Source of the DNA: Myxococcota bacterium
GTDB lineage: Bacteria; Myxococcota_A; Polyangia; Polyangiales; Sandaracinaceae
Length of the DNA: 46,149 nt
Direction: 5' to 3'
NCBI GenBank assembly: GCA_036149055.1
Contig: JAYZQJ010000044.1
Location: 1-46,149 of the forward strand
Below the pieces are notes generated by a model. The model was not told where the DNA came from, searched no databases, and saw only the letters and a program-made list of their open reading frames with translations. Below are positions 29,737 through 39,176 of the stretch, piece after piece. The position numbers and the translations under genes are program-made. Numbering within the stretch: the stretch's first letter is position 1; every line of letters starts with the position of its first letter.

Positions 29737-31398
29737 TCAGTCCAGGTACCCGAGGGCGCGCAGGCGGCGCTCGAGGGCGCTCTCGTCGCCCCGGCCGGCG
29801 CTCGGGGCCTCCGCGTCGGGCAGGGACTCGCGGCCGGTGGATCGGCGGCTCAGCGCCTCGCGCAGGACGCGGCCGCTCATCTCCGGCGCCGGGGCGACGC
29901 CCATGCGCGCGAGCAGGGTGGCGGTCGCGTCGGGCATGCGCGCGCGGATCTCTCCCGCGGCCCGCACGCTCGGGCCGGCGGCGACGAAGAGGCCGCGCTC
30001 GCGGTGGCTCCCGGGCAGGCTCCGGCCCTTGCGGCCGAGGTGCTCCTCGGGGGCGAGCTTGCGCCACGGCCCGGTGCCGGGCGGCGCGCTCGCGCTCGGC
30101 ATGACGTTGTAGGAGCCGGCGTCGGACAGCTCGAGCTCCACGATGAGGTCGGGGGCGCGCTCCACGTGCGGCCCGTCGTAGAGCGCCTCGCGCGGGATCA
30201 CCTCCCGCACCGCCGGCGCGCCAGTCCAAGGGTCGCGCAGCGCGCCGAGCGCGGCCTGCACGTCGCGGCGCACGATCTCGACGTCGCGCGGGTCGACGGT
30301 GCCGTCCGGGTCGCGCCCCCGCAGGTTGAGCCAGACCGCCGGGAAGTAGTTGAGCTCGTCCGAGAAGGCGCGCGTGCGCGGGAAGTCGATCGCGCCGAAG
30401 CGGGCCCGTGACTCCACCCAGCCCGGGAGCGCCCGGCCGGCGACCGAGAAGAGCGCCTGGCGCGCGCGGCCGGGGAGCGCGGTCAGCGCGAGGTCCTTGG
30501 CCCGGCCGACGAGCGGCGCCGCGAGCGACGCGCGGTGGAAGCGGAGCAGCCCCGCCTCCTCGAGCGCCCGGTTCAGGTAGAGCACCCGGTCGCTCGCCCC
30601 GCCCGAGCCGTGGTCGCTGACGAGGGTCACCTCGACCGCGTCCCCCGCCCGCGCCACCAGCGCCCCGACCGCGGCGTCGAGCGCCTCGTAGACCTGGGCG
30701 AGCGCGTCCTCGTGTCCCGGCTGGTGCCGCGGCGAGCCGGGGTCGTGGAACGCCCAGAGGTGATGCGCCGCGGTGTCGCTCTCGCCGAAGTAGAAGGCGA
30801 AGAGATCCCACCGCTCGCGGTCGAGCAGCCACGAGGCGAGCTCCACCTTGCGGGCGATCCGCGCCGCGAGCTGCGCCGGCAGCCGCTCGTGCCAGCCCGG
30901 CCGCTCGGCGTCGAACTCGTCCACGTCGTCGAAGCGGCTCGGGCCGAAGCGCGCCGTCATCTCGTCGTGCAGCGAGGGAGGGTGCACGAAGGAGCGGTCC
31001 GCCTCGAACGCCACCGGCGAGTCCCACCCGCTCACGAACACGCCGCGCTCGAGGGGCTCGGGCGGCCACGTCGCCGGGAAGCCGACGAGCGCGCAGCGCT
31101 TGCCCATCCGGTCGAGCCGCGCGGCCACGGTGGGCGCCTCGCGGATGGTGCCGGCGGTGAAGGCGACCCCGTAGCCGCGGCGCGAGGTGAAGTCGAAGAC
31201 GCCGTGTCGGCCCGGGTCCACGCCGGTGAGGAAGGTCGTCCAGTTCGGCAGGGTGGCCGGCGGCTTCACGCTCTCGAGCCGCGCCCACGCGCCCCGCGCC
31301 ATCAGCCCGAAGATCGACGGGAGCCGCGCGGGCCCCAGCGCCTCGATCACGTCGACGTCCGCTCCGTCGAGCCCGATGACCAGATGTCGTGCGCTCAT
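29737..31398 (-). CDS. Alkaline phosphatase superfamily protein (type I phosphodiesterase/nucleotide pyrophosphatase)
   Basis: IGLDGA, S..PP.T.P.W, TG..PG.HGVFDF, SDHG and H...G motifs; C-terminal RLRALGYL. Confidence 0.88.
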   Translation of the reverse strand: MSARHLVIGLDGADVDVIEALGPARLPSIFGLMARGAWARLESVKPPATLPNWTTFLTGVDPGRHGVFDFTSRRGYGVAFTAGTIREAPTVAARLDRMGKRCALVGFPATWPPEPLERGVFVSGWDSPVAFEADRSFVHPPSLHDEMTARFGPSRFDDVDEFDAERPGWHERLPAQLAARIARKVELASWLLDRERWDLFAFYFGESDTAAHHLWAFHDPGSPRHQPGHEDALAQVYEALDAAVGALVARAGDAVEVTLVSDHGSGGASDRVLYLNRALEEAGLLRFHRASLAAPLVGRAKDLALTALPGRARQALFSVAGRALPGWVESRARFGAIDFPRTRAFSDELNYFPAVWLNLRGRDPDGTVDPRDVEIVRRDVQAALGALRDPWTGAPAVREVIPREALYDGPHVERAPDLIVELELSDAGSYNVMPSASAPPGTGPWRKLAPEEHLGRKGRSLPGSHRERGLFVAAGPSVRAAGEIRARMPDATATLLARMGVAPAPEMSGRVLREALSRRSTGRESLPDAEAPSAGRGDESALERRLRALGYLD

Positions 31399-32741
31399 GC
31401 TCGGTTCTTCCCCATCCAGCCGTCCGGCGCGTCGAGCCCGAGCAGGGCGAGCGCGGTGACGCCGACGTCGTGGATCGAGAGGCCCTCGAGCGGGCCGCGC
31501 GCCTCCACGCCCGCGCCGGCGGCGATGAAGATCCCGTCCCAGTCGTGGTTGCAGCCGTCGGGCCCGCGGTCGTCGCGCTCGGCGAAGACCTCGCCGCCGA
31601 CCGTGCCGAGCGCGCGCCGCCGCAGGTCGCCGAAGAAGACCAGCAGATCCGGCGCCAGCCCGCGGACCTCGCGGTAGAGGGCCTCCGGGCGAGCGGCGCG
31701 CGTCTCGGGGACGAGCGCCTCGAGCTCCCTCGCGAGGGCCGCGCGGGCGTCGTCCAGCGCGGCCGGCGCGACGATCCCCTCGGGCTCGCGCCCCTCGACG
31801 TTGAAGAAGACGCGCGCGTAGTAGCCGCCCGTGCTCCAGGCCTTGGTGCGGGACCAGTCGATCATGTCGGCGGTCAACGCGCGGGGCGCCGCTGGCTCTT
31901 CCTTCAGCGTCAGCCAGCCCGTCCGGCGGAGCTGCTCGTTGACGCACACCCCGCCCTCCATGCGCCGCGCGCCGTGATCGCTGACCACGAGGATGGCGGT
32001 GTCGTCGTCGGCGCGCTCGATCAGCGCGCCCACCTGCGCGTCGACGAAGGCGTAGTAGTCGCGCGCCTCGCGCACCAGCGGGTGCGACGGATCGTGGTCG
32101 GGCGCGCTCGGGTCGAGGTGCGTCCAGAAGGCGTGGTGCAGCCGGTCGGTGCCCATCTCCACCATCATCGCGAAGTCCGGCGCCTCCTCGTCCCAGAGGG
32201 CGCGCGCGACGTCGAAGTGGAGCTGGGTGGTGTCGTAGAGCGCCTCCAGCAGCCCCTCGCGATCTTCGGTGCGGAACTCGTCGACGTCCGGGCGGTGCGG
32301 GCCGAAGCGCGCCTCGAGCCTGGGCCCGAGCTCGGGCGGGTGGGTGAAAGGCGGCTCGGCGCCGAGGAAGCCCCCGACCAGCACGCCGTTCACCGGCCGC
32401 GGCGGCGAGGTCAGCGGCACGTAGCAGACGGCGACCTTCTTGCCCGCCGCGCCGGCCACGTCCCAGACCCGCGGCGCCTCGACCGCGCGACCGTCGGCGA
32501 CCGAGAGCGCGTAGCTGTCCGGCACCCGGTTGCGGAACCCGTAGAGCCCGAGCTCCCCCGGGTCGCGCCCGCTCACCATGCACGCCCACGCCGGCACCGT
32601 GATCGGCGGCGCGACCGAGCGCAGCGGCCCCCACGCCCCGCGCCGCCGCAGGCTCGAGAGGTTGGGCAGGACCGGCGCCAGGCGGTCGAACACCAGCGCC
32701 GGCGGCGCGCAGTCGAGCCCGATCACCATCACCCGAGGCAC
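31395..32741 (-). CDS. Alkaline phosphatase superfamily protein (type I phosphodiesterase/nucleotide pyrophosphatase)
   Basis: IGLDC, PPITVPAW, SG.DPG.LG.YGFR, DRLHH, SDHG and NH motifs; ATGA overlap with the next gene. Confidence 0.88.
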   Translation of the reverse strand: MPRVMVIGLDCAPPALVFDRLAPVLPNLSSLRRRGAWGPLRSVAPPITVPAWACMVSGRDPGELGLYGFRNRVPDSYALSVADGRAVEAPRVWDVAGAAGKKVAVCYVPLTSPPRPVNGVLVGGFLGAEPPFTHPPELGPRLEARFGPHRPDVDEFRTEDREGLLEALYDTTQLHFDVARALWDEEAPDFAMMVEMGTDRLHHAFWTHLDPSAPDHDPSHPLVREARDYYAFVDAQVGALIERADDDTAILVVSDHGARRMEGGVCVNEQLRRTGWLTLKEEPAAPRALTADMIDWSRTKAWSTGGYYARVFFNVEGREPEGIVAPAALDDARAALARELEALVPETRAARPEALYREVRGLAPDLLVFFGDLRRRALGTVGGEVFAERDDRGPDGCNHDWDGIFIAAGAGVEARGPLEGLSIHDVGVTALALLGLDAPDGWMGKNRA

Positions 32742-32962
32742 GGGCCCAGGGCTAGCACGCGGGCGTAGGGTCGCCGAGCGCGCGGGCTGCTGGTGCGAGA
32801 TCCATCCCGGTGAAAGGGGACCTGGCTCGTCCCGACGCTCCAGGGCGGCGTTGCTCCTCCTCGCCGATGCGGGGCATCGACTCGTCGTCGCGCCTTGCCC
32901 TGAAACGCCGGTCCGTCGCCATCTCCCCTTCCACCGGTCGGATCTCCGCACTATGCCTCGGC

Positions 32963-33559
32963 GTGGGACGCGCCCGAACCCAGCCCCGCTGCGCGCGCTG
33001 TCGCATGCTCGACGCGCAGTGCCTGTGCGCGGCGCTGCCTTTCGTCCCGTCGCGCGCCCGGGTGGTGCTCGTGCCGCACGCGCGCGAGTGGCGTCAGCCG
33101 AGCAACACCGGGCGGGTCGCGCTGCTCTCGCTCCGGAGCGCGGAGCTGGCCGTCTGGGGCCGACGCGAGGCGCCGCTCGATCTCTCGCTCCTGCTGCGCG
33201 ACGGGCACACCCACCTCGTGCTGCACCCGGGCCCCGACGCGCGGCCGATCGCGCCGGTCGACGGTCCCGTGCGGCTCCTCGTGCCGGACGGCTCGTGGCG
33301 TCGCGCGGGGCGGATCGCGCGGCGGCTGCTGGCCCTGCCGGGCGCGATCCCGGTGAAGGTCGACGTCGCGCCGCGCGCCGGGCTCCGGCGAGCCCCCGAG
33401 CCGGGCAAGGTGCACACCGCGGCCGCGATCGCGCAGGCGCTCGAGGCCCTCGGCGACACGGCGGCGGCGGCCGCGGTCCGGGCGGCGGGCGACCTCATGA
33501 TCCGCCGCACCCTCGAGGCGCGAGGGCGTGCGGTCAGCGCCAGAAGCTCGAGGCCATGA
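32963..33559 (+). CDS. DTW-domain protein (tRNA-uridine aminocarboxypropyltransferase-like)
   Basis: RC..C...CLC, H..E...SNTG and DGSW motifs; start uncertain. Confidence 0.8.
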   Translation: MGRARTQPRCARCRMLDAQCLCAALPFVPSRARVVLVPHAREWRQPSNTGRVALLSLRSAELAVWGRREAPLDLSLLLRDGHTHLVLHPGPDARPIAPVDGPVRLLVPDGSWRRAGRIARRLLALPGAIPVKVDVAPRAGLRRAPEPGKVHTAAAIAQALEALGDTAAAAAVRAAGDLMIRRTLEARGRAVSARSSRP

Positions 33560-34265
33560 AGTCCATCGTGCTCGCCACCAGCCAGTGGAGGAGCACGCCC
33601 GGCCAGATGCTCCGGCTGCGGAGGGCGATGAAGCAGAGCACGAGGCCCGCGATCATCGCCGACGCCATCTCCAGCTCCGGCTTGCCGTAGTGCATGAGCG
33701 TGAAGGGGATGGTCGAGATCAGCACCGAGCGATGGAAGAAGTCCTTCTGGAAGGCGAAGAGCATGAAGCCGCGGAAGAAGAACTCCCACGCGATCCACTT
33801 GAAGAGGTAGAGCCCCTCGAACAGCAGGTAGAGCTCCAGCGAATTCTCCGCCTCGGACAGGCGCGGGTAGACGCGCTCGAACGCGGGCAGGTCGTGCACC
33901 AGCCACACGAGGGGCACCATCACCGCCCAGAGCCCGAGCACGACGAGCAGCTCGGGCCCGGCGTTGCGGATCCCGAAGCCGAGGTCGATCGGCGTCCAGC
34001 GCTCACCGACCCAGCAGAGGATCAGGGGCGCGATCATCAACAGCACGATCGCCGACGCGTGGGACCAGAGGTGCTGATGGAGCGCCTCGACCTGCTCGCC
34101 GAGGAGCGCCTGGCTGCCCTCCAGGAACCAGGTCGGCGCCTCGTACTGTCCGCCGTGGTGGTGGTAGAGGACCATCAGCCACGTCGCGGCCGCGGTGAGA
34201 TAGAGCGGCCGCCATCCCATGCCGGGGAAGAGGCGATCCAGCAGGCTCTCGACACGCGCGCGCAC
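33534..34265 (-). CDS. CPBP-family (CAAX protease/Abi) intramembrane glutamic endopeptidase
   Basis: WEFFFRG, F.LMH and SIW....H motifs; multiple TM segments. Confidence 0.88.
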   Translation of the reverse strand: MRARVESLLDRLFPGMGWRPLYLTAAATWLMVLYHHHGGQYEAPTWFLEGSQALLGEQVEALHQHLWSHASAIVLLMIAPLILCWVGERWTPIDLGFGIRNAGPELLVVLGLWAVMVPLVWLVHDLPAFERVYPRLSEAENSLELYLLFEGLYLFKWIAWEFFFRGFMLFAFQKDFFHRSVLISTIPFTLMHYGKPELEMASAMIAGLVLCFIALRSRSIWPGVLLHWLVASTMDFMASSFWR

Positions 34266-34354
34266 GGCGGCCGAGCCTACACCGTCCGTGACGACGCGGA
34301 ACGGCGCGTGTCGATTCTTCACGCGAGCCCGCGCCCCGGACCGGACGGCGGGGC

Positions 34355-34370
34355 TGGCACGCGCGATGCT
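34355..34370 (+). promoter_or_regulatory. Candidate sigma54 promoter
   Basis: TGGCACGCGCGATGCT is close to TGGCAC-N5-TTGCW; predicted +1 is ~34381, next to ATG 34383. Confidence 0.55.
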
Positions 34371-34382
34371 GTCACCACGCCC

Positions 34383-35555
34383 ATGCGTCGTCTTCCCCTC
34401 GCCTTCGCCTTGCTCGCCGCCGGCTGCTGGGAGAGCCACGCGCTGCCGGCGCCTCCGAGTGACGGGGGCGGCTGCCTCGGAGCCCCCGGGCAATGCGCGC
34501 GGGCCGAGGGCTGCGAGGCGTGGACGACCCGGGCGCCGGACTGCGTCGACGGTGAGTGGCGCTGCGCCGAGGGCGAGCGCTGGCTGTCGGACTTCCCCGC
34601 GCCGGTCCCCGACGGCGCGGTCTGCCTGCCGCACCGCGCGGCCTCGATCGCGTCGGTGGGCGGCTTCACCGCGGCGGTCCCGGTCGGCGACGCGTGCGGA
34701 TGGATCGCCCAGTTCCCGGTGACCGCCGACGGACGCGCGCCCACCCTCGGCCTCGCGGTCCCGGACGCGCCGGGCTTCGGCGCCTGTCCCTCGGGCACCT
34801 GGCGGGACCTCGACACCGATCCCGAGCCGGACGGCGCCTTCCTCTCGGTGCTCGACGCGGCCCGGCTGGGCGACGACACCTGGGTGAGCCTGCGCCGCTA
34901 TCGCTGGGATGCCGACGCCGGCTGGCCGGGGCTGCGCGTGGTGGGGAGCGGCTTCGCGCGCTGGGCGCCCGAGCCCGCGCGGCTCGGGGGCGTCGCGCTC
35001 CCCTTCGGCGCCGCGGAGGACGCGGGCGACACCCTCGCGCGCGGCCGGGACGGACGCCTCTACACCCTCGCGTGCGAGGGCCCGACGGAGCTCTTCCACG
35101 AGGACTGCCGGCTCGGCCGGCTCGAGGGGGACGACCCGACCTTACGCGCGGGCTGGCGCTTCGTCGGCGCGCGCGGGGCGTACGGCGACTGGGACGACGC
35201 GGAGACGGTGTTCCTCTCCGGCCCCGAGCGCTCCTCCCTCCGCTGGATCCCGGGCCTCGCGCGCTACGTGCACGTCTACGCGCCCGGCTTCGGCGACGCG
35301 ATCCGGATCCGCACCGCGGAGGCGCCCGAGGGGCCCTGGACGAACGCCCGCGAGCTCGTGCGCTGCGACCTGCCCGCGGACGACGAGGAGGCGTTCTGCG
35401 GCTCCCCGGTGATCCGCCTCGAGCGCATGGATCCGCGCCGCCCCGCGCAGCTCGCGATCACCTACGACGTCTCGACCCTCGCGCCGGATCGTGAGGCCCG
35501 CGTCGCCGCCGACCCCGAGGCCTACTGGCCGCGGCTGGTCTTCGTCACCCCCTGA
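34383..35555 (+). CDS. Hypothetical lipoprotein (Cys-rich N-terminus, possible DUF4185-like beta-propeller)
   Basis: Lipobox AAGC; RTAEAPEGPW and Y.PR..F end resemble 5-bladed propeller proteins (inference). Confidence 0.65.
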   Translation: MRRLPLAFALLAAGCWESHALPAPPSDGGGCLGAPGQCARAEGCEAWTTRAPDCVDGEWRCAEGERWLSDFPAPVPDGAVCLPHRAASIASVGGFTAAVPVGDACGWIAQFPVTADGRAPTLGLAVPDAPGFGACPSGTWRDLDTDPEPDGAFLSVLDAARLGDDTWVSLRRYRWDADAGWPGLRVVGSGFARWAPEPARLGGVALPFGAAEDAGDTLARGRDGRLYTLACEGPTELFHEDCRLGRLEGDDPTLRAGWRFVGARGAYGDWDDAETVFLSGPERSSLRWIPGLARYVHVYAPGFGDAIRIRTAEAPEGPWTNARELVRCDLPADDEEAFCGSPVIRLERMDPRRPAQLAITYDVSTLAPDREARVAADPEAYWPRLVFVTP

Positions 35556-35586
35556 GGCTGCCCGGTCCACGGCGCCGGTCGACGGC

Positions 35587-35603
35587 TGCGGTCAATTGTC
35601 GCA
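35587..35603. promoter_or_regulatory. RegA/PrrA-box-like palindrome 1
   Basis: TGCGGTCAATTGTCGCA has one mismatch to GCGNC-N5-GNCGC; intergenic, ~40 bp before 35644. Confidence 0.6.
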
Positions 35604-35643
35604 GGCCCTTCTCGCCGGGCGCCTCCGGACGCTAACCCCCCGC

Positions 35644-36534
35644 GTGCCCTGGTCCCTCGCCACCCGCGCCGGCCTCGCGCTGTCGCTCGCCGTCGCCCTC
35701 GCGCCCGCGCCGGCGTCGGCCTGCGTGACCTGCGGGGCGGGCGACCCGACGCTCACGGTGATGGGGGCCGAGCCGCCGCTCGCCGGGCGGGTGCGGGTCT
35801 CGCTCGGAGTCTCGGCGCTCTGGGACCGGGTGGGCGACGTCTCGCTCGCGGAGGGGCGCACCGATCTCGCGCTGAGCGTGGCCCCGACCGACTGGCTGAC
35901 CCTCTCCGCCTCGACGCCGCTGGTGCTGCGCGCGGTGTCCGAGGGCCCGCACGGCCGCTTCCTCACCGTCGGCCCCGGGGACACCGAGGTCCGCGCCCGG
36001 GTGGTCTGGCTGCGCGACCGCGCCTGGGCCCCGAGCCACGTCTTCGGCCCCACGCTCGGCGTGCGCGCGCCGACCTCCCTCGACCACGCCGACGGGCAGG
36101 GCCTGCTCCCGGTGGACGCCCAGAGCGGCTCGGGCGCGTTCGCCGCGATGCCCGGGCTCCAGTACGCGTGGCTGGTCGATCCCTGGTCGGTCTTCGTGTC
36201 GGCGACCGTGACCCTGCCCTTCGCCGGGCGCTACGCCGACACGCCTGGCCCGTCCTTCGCCACCACCACCGCGGCGCAGTACCGGTTCGACCGGGCGCTC
36301 ACCGTGCGCGCGGCGGTGGACACGCGCCTCGACGCCCCGGCGACCCTCGCCGGCCGCACCGACCCGCGCTCCGATCACTTCTCGCTCTTCGTGTCGCCCG
36401 AGCTGCTCTGGTCGCCCGCGGGAGACTGGATCCTCCAGCTCGGCGTGCGTGTGCCCGTGCTCCAGGTGACCGAGCAGGGCCGCGAGGAGGGCTGGACGGT
36501 GCGCGCCGCCCTCACCGTCGACGCGGAGCTGTGA
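35644..36534 (+). CDS. Secreted protein with an N-terminal CxxC, probable outer-membrane beta-barrel/transporter family
   Basis: Signal peptide ending ASA-CVTCGAGD; G.GD, PT and GSGA motifs; amphipathic beta-strands. Start approximate. Confidence 0.65.
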   Translation: MPWSLATRAGLALSLAVALAPAPASACVTCGAGDPTLTVMGAEPPLAGRVRVSLGVSALWDRVGDVSLAEGRTDLALSVAPTDWLTLSASTPLVLRAVSEGPHGRFLTVGPGDTEVRARVVWLRDRAWAPSHVFGPTLGVRAPTSLDHADGQGLLPVDAQSGSGAFAAMPGLQYAWLVDPWSVFVSATVTLPFAGRYADTPGPSFATTTAAQYRFDRALTVRAAVDTRLDAPATLAGRTDPRSDHFSLFVSPELLWSPAGDWILQLGVRVPVLQVTEQGREEGWTVRAALTVDAEL

Positions 36535-36535
36535 C

Positions 36536-36552
36536 TGCGACGATCGGCCGCA
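36536..36552. promoter_or_regulatory. RegA/PrrA-box-like palindrome 2
   Basis: TGCGACGATCGGCCGCA matches GCGNC-N5-GNCGC exactly. Its reverse complement is 14/17 identical to box 1. Lies 35 bp before 36588. Confidence 0.6.
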
Positions 36553-36587
36553 TTGGCGCGCGACGGCGGCGACCGTATGTCCCCGGC

Positions 36588-37226
36588 GTGCGCGCGACCG
36601 TGCTCGGGCTGATCCTCTCCGCCGCGATGGCCATGACGCCGTCGTGTGTGCTCGTGGCCGAGCGCGCCGGCGCGGTCGAGCTGACGCTCTCGGTGCCCAC
36701 CGCCTCCGGTCTCAGCGCCGACGGGCGACCGCTCACCGTCGACGCGCTGGAGCTCGGCGTCGCGGACGCCTGGCTCGAGCCCTGCGCCGCCCGGGCGTCG
36801 CTCTCGCTGATCGGGCGCGCGTACGCGCTCCACCCCGACGCCGGCGGCAACTCGCTCGGCGGGCCGCGCGTCGTCTCCCTGGTCGACGGCGAGCCGATCG
36901 GCGCCCTCTCTCCGCCCCCCGGGCGATGGTGCGCGCTGCTCGTGGCGGTGGCGCCGCACGACGCGCTCGACGGCTGGACGCTCCACGCCGAGGGCGACCT
37001 CGACGGCCGCCGCTTCGACGGCGAGGGCTACGCGATGCAGGTCTGGCGGCTCCCGCTGGCCGCCCCGCTCGAGCTCTCGGAGGGCGCGCCCCCGGTCGCG
37101 CTCGAGGTGGCGGTCGATCTGCCGCGCGCCCTCGCGGACGTGCCCGCCCGCCCCGCGGACGACGTGGCCCAGGCGCTCCTGCTCGCGCTCGAGCCCGCCG
37201 CGCGCGTCCGCGCCCTCGACGAGTAG
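36588..37226 (+). CDS. Hypothetical exported protein or lipoprotein
   Basis: Hydrophobic N-terminus followed by Cys; beta-rich; AYALH and PPPGRWC motifs; directly upstream of regB. Confidence 0.6.
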   Translation: MRATVLGLILSAAMAMTPSCVLVAERAGAVELTLSVPTASGLSADGRPLTVDALELGVADAWLEPCAARASLSLIGRAYALHPDAGGNSLGGPRVVSLVDGEPIGALSPPPGRWCALLVAVAPHDALDGWTLHAEGDLDGRRFDGEGYAMQVWRLPLAAPLELSEGAPPVALEVAVDLPRALADVPARPADDVAQALLLALEPAARVRALDE

Positions 37227-37235
37227 GATGCGGGC

Positions 37236-38459
37236 GTGGCCGCCGCCTACGCGCACTTCGGGCTCACCTGGCTCGTCCGCCTCCGCTGGCTGACGCTCGC
37301 CGCCCAGGGCCTCGCGGTCGCCACCGCGGCCACCGGCCCCGAGCCCGTGCCGCTCGGCGCGCCCCTCGGGCTGCTCGCGGCGGTCGCGCTCTCGAACCTG
37401 ATCTTCGCCGTCGGTCGCGCGGCCCCGCCGGTGGGCGCCGTGCTGGTGGTCGACGTGCTCGTGCTCACCGCCCTGCTGCACCTGACCGGCGGGCCGATGA
37501 ACCCCTTCACCGCGCTCTACTTCGTCTTCATCACCATGGCGGCGGTGCTGCTCGGGACCCGCTGGGTGGTGGCCCTGCTCGCGTGCGCGGTCGCGGGCTA
37601 CGCGGCGCTCTTCGCGGTGGACGACCCGGTGGCCCACCACGCCCACGATTTCCGCACGCACCTCCGCGGCATGTGGATCGCGTTCGGCGTGGTCGCGGCG
37701 CTGCTCGCCTTGTTCCTCACCCGGCTCACGCGCGCCCTGGCGGCGCGGGAGAACGAGCTCGCCCGGGAGCGCGACCGGGCCGCCCGGAGCGCGCAGGTCG
37801 CCGCGCTCACCGGGCTCGCCGCCGGCGCCGCGCACGAGCTCGGGACGCCGATCAACACGATGGTGCTCGCCGCGGGGGAGCTCGAGCGGGCGCTCGCCGA
37901 GCGGGCGCTGCCCGAGGCGATCCTCGAGGACGCGCGGCTGATCCGCGACGAGGGGCGTCGCTGCCGGGCGGTGCTCGACGGCCTCAGCGAGGCGAGCGGG
38001 GAGGCGCGCGGCGAGGGCTTCGCCGAGACGCGGCTCGGCGACATCGTCGAGGCGGCGCTCGCGCCCCTGGATCGCGCGCGGGTGCGGGTGTCCGGCGACC
38101 TCGACGCCACCGCCGAGCTCCCGGTCGCGGCGCTCTCCACCGCGCTCCGCAACCTGACGCGCAACGCCCTCGAGGCCAGCACCGACCCGGTGGCGCTCGA
38201 GGTGCACGCGGGGGCCGAGGAGATCGCGCTCCAGGTCGTCGATCGCGGCGAGGGCATGTCGCCCGAGGTGGCCGCGCGGGCGGTCGAGCCCTTCTTCACC
38301 ACCAAGCCCGCCGGCGCCGGCATGGGCCTCGGGCTCTTCCTCGTGCAGGCGTTGGCCGAGCAGCTCGAGGGCGCGCTCGAGATCGACTCCAGGCCCGGCG
38401 CGGGCACGACGATGACGCTGCGGGTCCCGCGCGCGCCTGATAGACGGAGAGAGACATGA
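37236..38459 (+). CDS. regB: RegB/PrrB-family sensor histidine kinase
   Basis: LVRLRW; quinone-binding-type TGGPMNPF; H-box AAHELGTP; RCR cysteine; N, G1, F (PFFTTK) and G2 boxes. Confidence 0.88.
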   Translation: MAAAYAHFGLTWLVRLRWLTLAAQGLAVATAATGPEPVPLGAPLGLLAAVALSNLIFAVGRAAPPVGAVLVVDVLVLTALLHLTGGPMNPFTALYFVFITMAAVLLGTRWVVALLACAVAGYAALFAVDDPVAHHAHDFRTHLRGMWIAFGVVAALLALFLTRLTRALAARENELARERDRAARSAQVAALTGLAAGAAHELGTPINTMVLAAGELERALAERALPEAILEDARLIRDEGRRCRAVLDGLSEASGEARGEGFAETRLGDIVEAALAPLDRARVRVSGDLDATAELPVAALSTALRNLTRNALEASTDPVALEVHAGAEEIALQVVDRGEGMSPEVAARAVEPFFTTKPAGAGMGLGLFLVQALAEQLEGALEIDSRPGAGTTMTLRVPRAPDRRRET

Positions 38460-38983
38460 AGCCCACGATCCTCCTGGTCGACGACGACGAGCGCTTCCGG
38501 CGCATGCTCGCGCGGGCGCTGGAGTCGCGGGGCTGGGAGGTCACGGCGGTCGCCTCGGGCGAGGAGGCGCTCGCGCACGCCCGCGAGGACAGCCCCGAGC
38601 ACGCGCTCGTCGACCTGCGCATGCCGGGCATGAGCGGGCTCGACGTGGTCGACGGCCTGCTCGGCATCGATCCCGCGACGAACATCGTGCTCCTCACCGG
38701 CTACGGGAGCATCGCGACCGCGGTCGAGGCGGTGCGTCGCGGCGCGACCGACTACCTCACGAAGCCGGCCGAGGTCGACGAGATCCTGCGCGCCTTCCAG
38801 AAGAAGGCGGGCGAGCCGGTCGAGCCGCCCACCACCGTTCCGTCGCTCGCCCGCGCCGAGTGGGAGCACATCCACCGCGTGCTGACCGACTGCGACGGCA
38901 ACATCAGCCAGGCGGCGCGCCTCCTCGGCCTCCACCGCCGCACGCTCCAGCGCAAGCTCGCCAAGTACCCGGTCAGCCGTTGA
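38456..38983 (+). CDS. regA: RegA/PrrA-family response regulator
   Basis: Receiver motifs LVDDD, DLRM, LTGYGSIATAVEA and KP; Fis-type HTH EWEHI.RVL..C.GNIS.AAR.LG.HRRTLQRKL. Confidence 0.92.
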   Translation: MKPTILLVDDDERFRRMLARALESRGWEVTAVASGEEALAHAREDSPEHALVDLRMPGMSGLDVVDGLLGIDPATNIVLLTGYGSIATAVEAVRRGATDYLTKPAEVDEILRAFQKKAGEPVEPPTTVPSLARAEWEHIHRVLTDCDGNISQAARLLGLHRRTLQRKLAKYPVSR

Positions 38984-39176
38984 GGCGAGCCGGCGAGGGA
39001 TCTCTCGCCGAGACGCAGAGGGGTGGCCTCGGGATGGAGCCTGGCCGCCGGCCACTCGGCTGCGCGCTCGGCGGCGGCCGCCGCGGGTGAATTGGGCTCT
39101 CGCAAAGCCGCAAAGACGTGGGGGTGGCGGCGGGATGGGGGGGCTCGCCCCGCGCTGGGGTCGGGGCCGAGGGAGC

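Noticed and set aside
32963..33559. DTW gene as a pseudogene (DGSW; HTAAA where a T.EA-type motif is expected)
   Set aside because: The ORF is intact and keeps its Cys cluster and NTG motifs. Divergence alone does not show loss of function.
38984..39176. Intergenic CGCAAAGCCGCAAAGACG mini-repeat and G-runs
   Set aside because: It has only two short units and no inverted partner, which is not enough to call an element.
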